44,563 nt of DNA from a virus (taxonomy: Duplodnaviria; Caudoviricetes): positions 1 through 44,563 of IMG/VR virus record IMGVR_UViG_3300005805_000149, one strand, 5' to 3'. The notes under the pieces were generated by a model. It was not told where the DNA came from and ran no database searches. It saw nothing but the letters and a program-made list of their open reading frames with translations. This document shows, piece by piece, positions 30,403 through 39,201 of this stretch (position 1 is its first letter; each line of letters starts with the position of its first letter). Made by a program: the position numbers and the translations under genes.

Positions 30403-31070
30403 TAGTAGGTATTAGCCTCTGAAAATGGGTTGATTTCAGTAAAGTCAAGAATATTGTCACCTCTTGTTTCAAACTCTTCGTTCTGAGCTTGCTTATCAAT
30501 TGTTGATATATTGAATTGAGTGACAACCTGAGTATTATTAGCCATTGCAAAGCTGAGGTCATTGTATGTGTCGTCAATGGCTGGAATGCCTGTTGCAAAT
30601 GTTTCTTGATTAAACTCAAATAGTTCACAAACAATATCAAATGTTTGTAGTGAACCCATTTGATAAAAGATAGCCTCATGCTCAACAAATCTAACAACAT
30701 ACCCTTTGTTTGTTAGAGGGAAGAATATCATATCCCCTTCTCTTGGTCTTTGTAGGCCAACTACATTTTCAGAGAATGATCTTCTGGCTATTGTGAAAGT
30801 AATTCTGTCTCTAATTTGTAGACCAAATTTGGATAGGAAATCACCCTCACCTTCAAACCCTTCAACATTCTTAATGTATACTTCAACAGAATATGCGTTA
30901 TTAAATCTTGCAACTTCATCTTCTTTAAAAATACTATCTTCTACCGATACTGTTCTTGGGCAGTAAAATATTTCAAGACCATATATTCTAATTGATTCTA
31001 AAACTAAATCTTCAATTAAGTTCTGCTCTTGACTATTATCAAAGTTGTTAAAATAAAAATTTGTAGGCAT
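30402..31070 (-). CDS. gp14: Neck protein
   Basis: EQNLIEDL..ESI..YG, SKFG, RPREGD.I.FP, FYQ.G, NPF. Confidence 0.94.
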   Translation of the reverse strand: MPTNFYFNNFDNSQEQNLIEDLVLESIRIYGLEIFYCPRTVSVEDSIFKEDEVARFNNAYSVEVYIKNVEGFEGEGDFLSKFGLQIRDRITFTIARRSFSENVVGLQRPREGDMIFFPLTNKGYVVRFVEHEAIFYQMGSLQTFDIVCELFEFNQETFATGIPAIDDTYNDLSFAMANNTQVVTQFNISTIDKQAQNEEFETRGDNILDFTEINPFSEANTY

Positions 31071-31073
31071 TTT

Positions 31074-31814
31074 TTATCCTACCATGTGGTAAGCTGGTAA
31101 TGTATATGAAGTTTGCATTTCTTGTTCTAGAGCTTCAATTTCTCCCTTTGCATCATCTTGAATCTTTTCGCCATTGAACTGAACACCACCTGGGAGAACC
31201 ATACCAGTGAACTTTGTTAGGTTTGAGCCCCACTGATATTTAATCTGGGCTGTTGCATAAAGAGCTAACCAACGGTCCGACCAAACATCTGTAAATGTGT
31301 CTGGGTCAACAATCTGATAGGCCTCGACAACAAAAAACTCACCCTCGACCGCTTGGGTCCAATCCATATCAATAAACAATCTATCCTTATGTCTACTATA
31401 GCGTATAGGCTTTTGGCCAACGAGAATCTCTTCAAGAAACTGAATATGCTGCATTGCCATGACATATGGCACCATTGACTGTGTAGTCAACGTATAAAGA
31501 TCGTTTAGTGCAATTTGGTAACGAATGTTGAACAGGTTCATTGTGTTTAAGCTTTGGCCAACAGGAAATAGCTTAACAACACCAATAATATTTTCTGGCA
31601 GAGTAATGTACTTGTTGGCAATATCTGTTGACGTGATTTGGTGCTTATAATACAATTTTTCAGACCCATCAAAATGATAGTCCCAATAGTACTTTAGTGA
31701 CTCGTCAATACGGTCTTCAACCTGGTCATCATCCACGTTAATTTCAATAACTGGCTTACCTAATTTACGAAGGCAAAACTCTTTGAATTCAGATCTGGAT
31801 GTTGGAACTGCCAT
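31074..31814 (-). CDS. gp13: Neck protein
   Basis: CLRKLG.PVIEINV..DQ, QWG.NL.KF.G..LPGGV. Confidence 0.95.
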   Translation of the reverse strand: MAVPTSRSEFKEFCLRKLGKPVIEINVDDDQVEDRIDESLKYYWDYHFDGSEKLYYKHQITSTDIANKYITLPENIIGVVKLFPVGQSLNTMNLFNIRYQIALNDLYTLTTQSMVPYVMAMQHIQFLEEILVGQKPIRYSRHKDRLFIDMDWTQAVEGEFFVVEAYQIVDPDTFTDVWSDRWLALYATAQIKYQWGSNLTKFTGMVLPGGVQFNGEKIQDDAKGEIEALEQEMQTSYTLPAYHMVG

Positions 31815-31846
31815 GGGATTGACCCTCTAAAAATACTCTGTAAATG

Positions 31847-31854
31847 TATTTATA
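31847..31854 (-). promoter_or_regulatory. Late promoter (gp13)
   Basis: Exact TATAAATA overlapping the upstream stop codon. Confidence 0.8.
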
Positions 31855-32743
31855 GATCAATTATATCCAGACATTGGTAGAGACCACTGGTTAATTTTTC
31901 TGTTTCCTTTCCATTAATCCTGATTTTATTCAACGTTGTCGCTGGTAAAAAGCTATCTAAGTTATTAGTAAATTGGCTATACAAGTTAAATGGATAACCA
32001 TAAACCTCTTCTGACCTTAGAGAATCATTTGATTTAATTGACTTGTTCCATAGATTTACAATGAAACCTGACTGAATTTTGAGATTGTGACCTATGGTTT
32101 GCCGAGCTGAAATAGCAGTGCCAATAAGAGGATCATCTTTACCATTGAATTCTCTACCAAGTACCATAATGTTTTTCTTTTTGACTGCATCTGATAGAAG
32201 CTGGGTATCTGTTTTTTCAAGATCTAGAGCTTGCACCTTAGTAACATCAACAACAAAAAAATTCAAATCAAACGATAAATCGCGCTGCGGTAACCCAATC
32301 ATATGATACATTGATAATTGATTATCATTGTTATACACTCTTGAATAACATAACCCACATGGTTTAAATCCTAGGGCATCTTTTACATGATTTGTATAAT
32401 CATTATTGACAATTGCTCCACTTAGAATACAAGCAACTATTTCATTATATCCCAAATCCATAATAACTCTAATAGTAGAAATTAAAGAATTTCTAATATC
32501 AAAATCATCTACAACATAGGCTTTATAATCTAAATTGTTTGTTTTAATATAAGATAATATAAGCTTATCGTAATCTTTAAATGCCTGGTAATCAGCCTTG
32601 GATGCATTCTCACTATACATTCTGTTATATTTTTCAACCTGGCTACCAGGTATAATAATAGTCACATCTTTAATACCCCTATCCTTGAGAGAGTTAAGGG
32701 TTAAGAATGTACCATGGTGTTGAGCAATTACAATTGTTTTCAT
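31850..32743 (-). CDS. Hypothetical protein, possibly a degenerate GT-A (GT8-like) fold
   Basis: N-terminal strand-helix with LTLNSL, and FDLNFFVVD resembling the GT8 FNsGvlv.d motif; no DxD; translationally coupled to the upstream gene. Confidence 0.35.
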   Translation of the reverse strand: MKTIVIAQHHGTFLTLNSLKDRGIKDVTIIIPGSQVEKYNRMYSENASKADYQAFKDYDKLILSYIKTNNLDYKAYVVDDFDIRNSLISTIRVIMDLGYNEIVACILSGAIVNNDYTNHVKDALGFKPCGLCYSRVYNNDNQLSMYHMIGLPQRDLSFDLNFFVVDVTKVQALDLEKTDTQLLSDAVKKKNIMVLGREFNGKDDPLIGTAISARQTIGHNLKIQSGFIVNLWNKSIKSNDSLRSEEVYGYPFNLYSQFTNNLDSFLPATTLNKIRINGKETEKLTSGLYQCLDIIDL

Positions 32744-33726
32744 GGCTGCTTCATCCCACCTTGTTCTTTCAATTCTTTTTCAATAACATCATCACCCACC
32801 TCGCCAGGCTTCTTAGAAAGTGTAATGTGCTTATGCTTCTTCATATTGTCAAAGAATCTTTGAACACATTCTTCTTTGTTCTCATGATGAACACTAATTA
32901 GTCCTGACTCTGGATATGACATGAGGGCGGCAAATTTGTTAACAAGTTTATCCTTAACACCGCATCTATCCAATGAAGTATATACTGCCTCAAAGGTTTT
33001 ACCAACCTTACCTTCCTTATTGTCAATAAGACCAATACCCTTTCCAAGAATAACAGCAGCACAACCTGTTTCAGAGGACAGTGTGAAGTATACTTTCTTT
33101 GCTCGTTTGAGAATTGGATACATTGAAGCATCGTTCTTGACCACTCTACCCTTAAATCTCTGCTCTAGCATTGTTTGCCAAACTTTAGCAGTGATGGGAT
33201 GAAGTTTGACCCAGGCTCCATTATTATAAAGCTCTTCAACTTTTTTAAAATCAACTGCATCTTTTGTAATTAAGTTAGTACCTGGGAGGAGCACTAATTC
33301 ATTTACGTCACCATATTCTAGATCTAGGTCTTCATCTAAAAGATACTTGTCAGTAAGGTTGGCTCTTAGAGCTTCTACAATTCTATGGCCTTCTGGGGTG
33401 GCTCCCTTTCTAATACACTCAACCATATTTTGAGTTGCAATTTTTGTATTGCATGGTGCAAGATAGAGAATTTGTGTCAATAGATCAGTGAACTTATACC
33501 CAGCTATTGTGCCACTGGGGCTACCGTAATTGATATCATATTCAATTTTGGAACCATTTGGGTTCTTTGGAATATGCTTAGCAATTTCTGTTAATCTTGC
33601 ATTTGCTGGCGAACGCAGCATATTACCGGATTTCATAAAATGGGTCACATCATCATTGACCCACTCGTTAGAAGACATGGTAAAGAACTTAGTCTTTCCA
33701 CCTTTTGCTGGAACTTCGGCTACCAT
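32740..33726 (-). CDS. KpsS/KpsC-like (capsule biosynthesis, GT-B-like) glycosyltransferase
   Basis: WVKLHP, then ILKRAKKVY...SSETGCAAVILGK, matching the KxHP ... S..G..A...GK pattern of CMP-sugar transferases. Confidence 0.6.
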   Translation of the reverse strand: MVAEVPAKGGKTKFFTMSSNEWVNDDVTHFMKSGNMLRSPANARLTEIAKHIPKNPNGSKIEYDINYGSPSGTIAGYKFTDLLTQILYLAPCNTKIATQNMVECIRKGATPEGHRIVEALRANLTDKYLLDEDLDLEYGDVNELVLLPGTNLITKDAVDFKKVEELYNNGAWVKLHPITAKVWQTMLEQRFKGRVVKNDASMYPILKRAKKVYFTLSSETGCAAVILGKGIGLIDNKEGKVGKTFEAVYTSLDRCGVKDKLVNKFAALMSYPESGLISVHHENKEECVQRFFDNMKKHKHITLSKKPGEVGDDVIEKELKEQGGMKQP

Positions 33727-33740
33727 AATATAATTCCTTT

Positions 33741-33932
33741 TTAGACGCCAATACGCTCATCAACATCATCTGACTGCTGAAGCGATTGAAGTTTCTTTTC
33801 AGTTTCGTGAACTTTCTTTTTTAGGGTTTTGATTTCCTGATGGAGATCAATCATCTTTTGGAGGACAACTTCCACAAAAGACTCTAACTTTTTATCAAGC
33901 TGCTCATTACTAACTCTTTGTTCATCACTCAT
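33741..33932 (-). CDS. Small coiled-coil protein
   Basis: Heptad pattern (LHQEIKTLKKKVHETEKKLQSL); GAGGTG RBS before ATG 33932. Confidence 0.65.
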   Translation of the reverse strand: MSDEQRVSNEQLDKKLESFVEVVLQKMIDLHQEIKTLKKKVHETEKKLQSLQQSDDVDERIGV

Positions 33933-33960
33933 ATTATTCACCTCAATTGGGACATGTTTA

Positions 33961-33968
33961 TATTTATA
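33961..33968 (-). promoter_or_regulatory. Late promoter for the coiled-coil and GT-like genes
   Basis: Exact TATAAATA. Confidence 0.8.
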
Positions 33969-33971
33969 TCG

Positions 33972-36900
33972 TTATGAAATCTTGGATGTAGATGTTACCT
34001 TGCTTGTTCCAGTTGATTTACTGGTACCAGTAGATTTACTTGTTGACACCATTGTACCAGCTCCAGAATCTGTATCAAATGTAGTTGTTGTATCAAATGT
34101 AGTAGTTGTATTGTATGTAGTTGTTGTATCAAACACTGTCAAATAAGAAGTTTCAACAGCTGTGTTAAATACTGTATTTTGTGAAGTATTATAGGCTGTG
34201 TTACGGCTTGTTGCATAAGCCGTATCGTATGTGCTGCTTGTTGTCTTACTTGTGACAACCTGGGTATCAATCAATGTATCAAAGGCTGTTGTTGTATCAA
34301 ATACAGATACTGTATCAAATACAGTTACAATTTCTGTATCAAATGTTGAAGTTGTATTTCTTGATGTTGATGTTAGAATATTTGTATCATAAGTTGTTTC
34401 AAAAGCTGTTACTGTATTAAATATAGATGTTGTTGATCTATTTGTAGAAGTGTTTCTATTTGTAGCATAGGCTGTTTCAAATGTAGTTGATGTATTGAAG
34501 ACAGATATTGTTGCTATGTTTGTATCATATGCTGTTTCAAATAGAGTTGTTGTAGATCTTGATGTGGCAGTAGCCCTAGATGTCTCTGTGGACCTAGATG
34601 TGTCAATTGTTGTATCTGTGGTTCTAGATGTATCAGTTGTTCTATTTGTATTGTAAGCAGTTTCAAATGTGGTTGATGTATCAAACACAGATGTTGTTGA
34701 TCTATTTGTAGAGGTAGCTATGTTTGTAGCATATGCTGTTTCAAACGCAGTTGATGTATCAAACACAGATGTTGTTGATCTATTTGTAGAGGTAGCTATG
34801 TTTGTAGCATAAGCTGTTTCAAAGGTAGTTGAAGTATCAAATGTTGAGGTTGTATTTTTGTTTGTTACAACAAGTGTATTAAATGCAGTAGATGTATCAA
34901 AGTTTGTTGACTTAACATCAGATGTTTGATATGCAGTAGCAAATGTTGTTGTTGTATCAAAGACAGATGTTGTAGATTTACTTGTATCAATTACAGTGTC
35001 AAACGTAGTAGTCGTATCAAATGTAGTAGTTGTTATATATGCTGTAGTAAATGTTGTAGTTGTATTAAACGTAGTTGTCGTACCATACGCTGTTGTAAAT
35101 GTTGTAGTTGTATTAAATGCAGTAGTTGTACTTCTAGAAGTAGCTGTGGCCCTAGATGTGCTAACTGTTGTATCTGTTACTCTGGAAGTAGATGTAGTTC
35201 TAGATGTGCTAACAGTTGTGTCTGTTACTCTAGATGTTGATGTTGCTCTAGATGTATCTGTTGATCTAGATGTATCAAAGGATGATGTGGTACTTCTGGA
35301 TGTAGCAGTTGCTATAGACGTGGCAGTAACTAGTGATGTATTAAAGGATGATGTGGTACTTCTGGATGTAGCAGTTGCTATAGACGTGGCAGTAGCTAGT
35401 GATGTATTGAATAATGATGTTGTACTTCTAGATGTAGCAGTTACTATAGACGTGGCAGTAACTAGTGATGTATTGAATAATGATGTTGTCTGTACAGATG
35501 TAATGAACGTTGATGTTGTAATGACAGATGTATTGAATAATGATGTTGTCTGTACAGATGTAATGAACGTTGATGTTGTAATCACAGATGTATTGAATAA
35601 TGATGTTGTCTGTACAGATGTAATGAACGTTGTTGCAGTAACGAGAGTTGTAATGAACGTTGTTGCAGTAATGAGAGTTGTAATGAACGTTGTTGCAGTA
35701 ATGACAGATGTAATGAACGTTGATGTTGTAATGACAGATGTATTAAATGAGGAAGTCGTATTTTTTGATGTGTTAAAGTAGAATGTTGTGTTAAAGTAGA
35801 ATGTTGTATTGAAAGATGTGTTACCACCAGCACTTGTGCCAGTAGCAAAGAAGAATGTGGTTCCTTTAGTTGTACTTTTTGAAGTAGCAGTATAGGCGTA
35901 GTATGGTAAAGGGATACCTTTATAATAGCTAAAGCCCACAATAGTAAATGTTTGAAATGATGTATTAAATGTAGTATTACCACCAGCACTTGTGGTTGTG
36001 TTAAAGTAGAATGTTGTGGCACGAGATGTACCAGCAACAGCTGTTGTACCAGCAATGGCTGTAGTAATAAATGTTGTTGCAGTAATGACAGATGTAATGA
36101 ACGTTGATGTTGTAATGACAGATGTATTAAATGATGAAGTTGTCTGTCTTGCTGTGTTAAAGTAGGAAGTTGTCTGTCTTGCTGTGTTAAAGTAGGAAGT
36201 TGTCTGTCTTGCTGTGTTAAATAATGAAGTTGTAATTACAGATGTAATGAACGTTGATGTTGTAATTACAGATGTATTAAATGATGAAGTTGTAATGACA
36301 GATGTAATAAATGTTGATGTTGTAATGACAGATGTATTAAATGATGAAGTTGTAATGACAGATGTAATGAACGTTGTTGTTGTATTGAATACAGAAGTTG
36401 TTGCAAATACAGTTGTTGTAATAAGAGATGTAATAAACGTTGTTGTTGTATTGAATACGGAAGTTGTTGCAAATACAGTTGTTGTAATAAGTGAGGTAAT
36501 AAACGTTGTTGTTGTATTGAATACAGAAGTTGTATTAAATACAGTTGTTGTAATAAGTGAGGTAATAAACGTTGTTGTTGTTGCAAATACAGTAGTTGTA
36601 TCAAATGTTGTTGTAGTACCATAGGCAGTATTGAATGTTGTCGTGGTATCAAACGTTGTTGTAGTACCATAGGCAGTATTAAATGTTGTTGTAGTATCAA
36701 ATGTTGAGGTTGTTGATCTAGATGTTTCAGTTGCTCTACTTGTATCAATTATAGTATCGGTAGTTCTAGATGTTGCAGTTGCTCTAGATGTATCAATTAT
36801 TGTATCTGTTCCTCTAGATGTTGCAGTAGCCTTTGTTGTGTTATAGGCAGTTGCAAACACCGTAGACGTTGCACGACTTGTAGATGTTGCTTTACTTGTA

Positions 36901-37835
36901 TCAATAACTGTGTCCTTAATTGTACCAGTATTAAAGACAGTATTTGTTATTCTAGATGTATCATAGCCAGTATCAAATACTGTACTTGTTGATCTAGTGG
37001 TTGCTGTATTACGAGCAGTGTTGATTGTTGTATCAAATACTGATGTTGTATCAAATACTGTAGTCGTGGCTCTACTTGTAGATGTTACTCTATTTGTGCC
37101 AATGGTTGTATCAAATACTGATACTGTATCAAAAATTGTTGTTGTGGCTCTAGAGGTTGCTGTGTTGCGGGCAGTGTCAATTGTTGTATCAAATATTGTC
37201 GTTGTGCCAAATACTGTAGTAGTAGCATAGGCAGTTTCAAATGCAGTTGTAGTTTGAAATGCAGTTGTAGTATTAAATACAGATGTTGTGCTTCTGCTAG
37301 TGCCAATAACTGTATCAAATACAGACGTTGTTAGAACTTCTGTTGCTGTGTTTCTTGCTGTATTGATTGTTGTATCAAATATAGTGTTTGTGTCAAATAC
37401 TGTAGTTGTTGCTCTACTTGTAGATGTTACTCTATTTGTACCAATTGTTGTTTCAAATACAGTTAATGTATCAAATACAGTGGCAGTTGTTCTAGTTGTA
37501 GCATAGGCAGTGGATCTATTTGTAGATGTATTTTTACTAGTAGCTGTTTGCTTACTTGTACCAAATGCTGACTCATAAAACGTAACATATGCTGTGGTTG
37601 TATTTTTGTTTGTGCTTACAGCCGTATCAAATGTTGTAACAATGACAGTGTCAAATGTAGTTGTTCTGGATGTTTCGTAAATAGTTTCTCTAGTAGCGGA
37701 GAAAATTTGTCTTAGTGTACCATTATCATTAACAAAGGCATCCCTAACAGTACGGAGAATACCGCCGTCATTAACTTTTAGAATTTCGGCTTCTCTTAGA
37801 GTACCGTTGTCATTGAAGAACAGCTTATTTGGCAT
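33972..37835 (-). CDS. 1287-aa Thr-rich repeat protein with self-complementary halves; putative giant beta-hairpin virion fibre
   Basis: Uninterrupted ORF; N-terminal (V/F)ND(N/G)G.LR x3; body built from T-x-[F/Y/R/K/I/V/L]-x and T-x-T-x-[same]-x units; unique IVGFSYYKGIPLPYYAY at the midpoint. Confidence 0.85.
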   Translation of the reverse strand: MPNKLFFNDNGTLREAEILKVNDGGILRTVRDAFVNDNGTLRQIFSATRETIYETSRTTTFDTVIVTTFDTAVSTNKNTTTAYVTFYESAFGTSKQTATSKNTSTNRSTAYATTRTTATVFDTLTVFETTIGTNRVTSTSRATTTVFDTNTIFDTTINTARNTATEVLTTSVFDTVIGTSRSTTSVFNTTTAFQTTTAFETAYATTTVFGTTTIFDTTIDTARNTATSRATTTIFDTVSVFDTTIGTNRVTSTSRATTTVFDTTSVFDTTINTARNTATTRSTSTVFDTGYDTSRITNTVFNTGTIKDTVIDTSKATSTSRATSTVFATAYNTTKATATSRGTDTIIDTSRATATSRTTDTIIDTSRATETSRSTTSTFDTTTTFNTAYGTTTTFDTTTTFNTAYGTTTTFDTTTVFATTTTFITSLITTTVFNTTSVFNTTTTFITSLITTTVFATTSVFNTTTTFITSLITTTVFATTSVFNTTTTFITSVITTSSFNTSVITTSTFITSVITTSSFNTSVITTSTFITSVITTSLFNTARQTTSYFNTARQTTSYFNTARQTTSSFNTSVITTSTFITSVITATTFITTAIAGTTAVAGTSRATTFYFNTTTSAGGNTTFNTSFQTFTIVGFSYYKGIPLPYYAYTATSKSTTKGTTFFFATGTSAGGNTSFNTTFYFNTTFYFNTSKNTTSSFNTSVITTSTFITSVITATTFITTLITATTFITTLVTATTFITSVQTTSLFNTSVITTSTFITSVQTTSLFNTSVITTSTFITSVQTTSLFNTSLVTATSIVTATSRSTTSLFNTSLATATSIATATSRSTTSSFNTSLVTATSIATATSRSTTSSFDTSRSTDTSRATSTSRVTDTTVSTSRTTSTSRVTDTTVSTSRATATSRSTTTAFNTTTTFTTAYGTTTTFNTTTTFTTAYITTTTFDTTTTFDTVIDTSKSTTSVFDTTTTFATAYQTSDVKSTNFDTSTAFNTLVVTNKNTTSTFDTSTTFETAYATNIATSTNRSTTSVFDTSTAFETAYATNIATSTNRSTTSVFDTSTTFETAYNTNRTTDTSRTTDTTIDTSRSTETSRATATSRSTTTLFETAYDTNIATISVFNTSTTFETAYATNRNTSTNRSTTSIFNTVTAFETTYDTNILTSTSRNTTSTFDTEIVTVFDTVSVFDTTTAFDTLIDTQVVTSKTTSSTYDTAYATSRNTAYNTSQNTVFNTAVETSYLTVFDTTTTYNTTTTFDTTTTFDTDSGAGTMVSTSKSTGTSKSTGTSKVTSTSKIS
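34660..36800. repeat. Nested coding tandem repeats (30-, 48-, 60-, 66- and 78-bp units) inside the Thr-rich gene
   Basis: e.g. gttgtctgtcttgctgtgttaaagtaggaa x3 near 36140-36220; 66-bp units near 35290-35490 and 36370-36580; 78-bp units near 34670-34830. Confidence 0.9.
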
Positions 37836-37847
37836 TATAAAGACCTA

Positions 37848-38036
37848 TTACTGGTACACTAGCCAAATATGACCATTTGATGTTGCACCGACATTGACTG
37901 GGGCTGTACCTGTAATTGTTATTCTTGATTCCGTATAATGTTGATTGGCTGGTGTACCGCCAAGATTATTAGCATTATTGGCAGTTACTGGATATACAGC
38001 TTCTTCGACGTTAGATGGTTTAATTTTGGTTGTCAT
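37848..38036 (-). CDS. Small fibre anchor/adaptor-like protein
   Basis: 62 aa; ANNLGG linker and C-terminal TAP...GHIWLVY, a motif seen at phage fibre junctions. Confidence 0.55.
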   Translation of the reverse strand: MTTKIKPSNVEEAVYPVTANNANNLGGTPANQHYTESRITITGTAPVNVGATSNGHIWLVYQ

Positions 38037-38075
38037 ACCGTCTAATCCTAACTAAAATGGTTGAAGGGTCTTGTT

Positions 38076-38083
38076 TATTTATG
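38076..38083 (-). promoter_or_regulatory. Late promoter variant for the anchor and Thr-rich genes
   Basis: CATAAATA in the intergenic gap. Confidence 0.55.
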
Positions 38084-38093
38084 TTATTTCAAA

Positions 38094-39197
38094 CTATGGC
38101 CAAGTAGCTATTGCAACACGTTTCCATGTATTAGTTGCAACACAAACATATATGTAATTTGAATCCCAGGTGATTGTTCCTGCCTCACCAGAAGAACTAG
38201 CATTTGCTGGAGGGTTTGAAGCTGTAATTTTAAAGTTACTAACAGCTGCCGTATTGGCAACAGTTAGAGTGTTAGATGATTCGTTAAATACAAGACCCAT
38301 TGTTCCTTTAAGTAATCCAGAACTATTAAACTGGATTGTTGTATTAGGTCCTGTCGCACTTGGTTCCTCATATAGGCTTCTTACCTGGACCACATCATTT
38401 ATAGATGCATTAGCGGATAACACGAGGTTATTGCCACTAACATAGTAGTCAATTGATGGGGCTTGGGCAACACCATTAATAAATACCACAGCTTTTGTTG
38501 TTACTGTTGGTGTAGATAAAACAAAGTTATTATTAACAGTGCTATTTGCAGTAAATGAATCTGATGTATAGTCGCCAATTGCACTTATTGTTATTGCCCT
38601 TATTTGGTCAAGATTTGCTGGTGCTGTTGTAAACGTGAGAGTTGTGTTACTTACAGAGTAATCAGTAACCGGTACTTGGGCTACACCGTTCAAATAAACA
38701 AATGTTGATGTATTTGATCCTAAAGCTGTTGCTAGAGTGAATATAGTATTAGACCCATTACCCGTGAAGCTGCTTAGAGTAATATCAACACCATTAATAT
38801 CAGATATATCAAGTGTCCTAACTTCAATTTCATTATTAACTGCAGGTGCTACTGTAAAAGATAAAGTTGTGCCAGTTATAGAATAATCAGTAACTGGTAC
38901 TTGAGCAACGCCATTTAAGAATACAAAGGTCTCTAAATTTGTGGTAGATTTGGTTAGAATAAAATTAGTAGCAGAACCATTACCCGTAAATGTTTGAGAA
39001 GTAATTGTTAAATCAGCAAGGGCTCCACCTGTACCACTAATTACAAAATATTCTGTACCATTTGAGGAGTATAGTAATTGATCAGTGACATTGATAAACA
39101 ATGCCCCTGGTTCAATATACGATGTGTTTGATGGGTCAGTGACATTTGGGACTGCGCCCGGGATGTCTGTTCGTTCTATTTTACCTGTTGTTGCCAT
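38094..39197 (-). CDS. Virion structural protein with three beta-sandwich repeats
   Basis: 3x FT(G/A)N....F.L......(F/V)(V/F).NGVAQ.P..DY; C-terminal G.AGTITWDSNYIYVCVATNTWKR module. Confidence 0.75.
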   Translation of the reverse strand: MATTGKIERTDIPGAVPNVTDPSNTSYIEPGALFINVTDQLLYSSNGTEYFVISGTGGALADLTITSQTFTGNGSATNFILTKSTTNLETFVFLNGVAQVPVTDYSITGTTLSFTVAPAVNNEIEVRTLDISDINGVDITLSSFTGNGSNTIFTLATALGSNTSTFVYLNGVAQVPVTDYSVSNTTLTFTTAPANLDQIRAITISAIGDYTSDSFTANSTVNNNFVLSTPTVTTKAVVFINGVAQAPSIDYYVSGNNLVLSANASINDVVQVRSLYEEPSATGPNTTIQFNSSGLLKGTMGLVFNESSNTLTVANTAAVSNFKITASNPPANASSSGEAGTITWDSNYIYVCVATNTWKRVAIATWP

Positions 39198-39201
39198 TTA
39201 A

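Noticed and set aside
35280-36600. Regular 30-66 bp repeats resembling a CRISPR array or DGR repeats
   Set aside because: No unique spacers, unit lengths are multiples of 3 inside one ORF, and no cas or reverse transcriptase gene is present
34926-37506. Val-rich plus-strand ORFs and Gln/Leu/His-rich alternate-frame ORFs overlapping the Thr-rich gene
   Set aside because: Shadows of ACA/ACT-rich repetitive codons; no independent RBS, promoter or motif
33972-37835. Ice-nucleation or antifreeze beta-solenoid interpretation of the TxT-rich protein
   Set aside because: Lacks the fixed-period Gly-containing turns of such solenoids; irregular 4/6 spacing mirrored about the centre fits a hairpin better (ice binding itself is untested)
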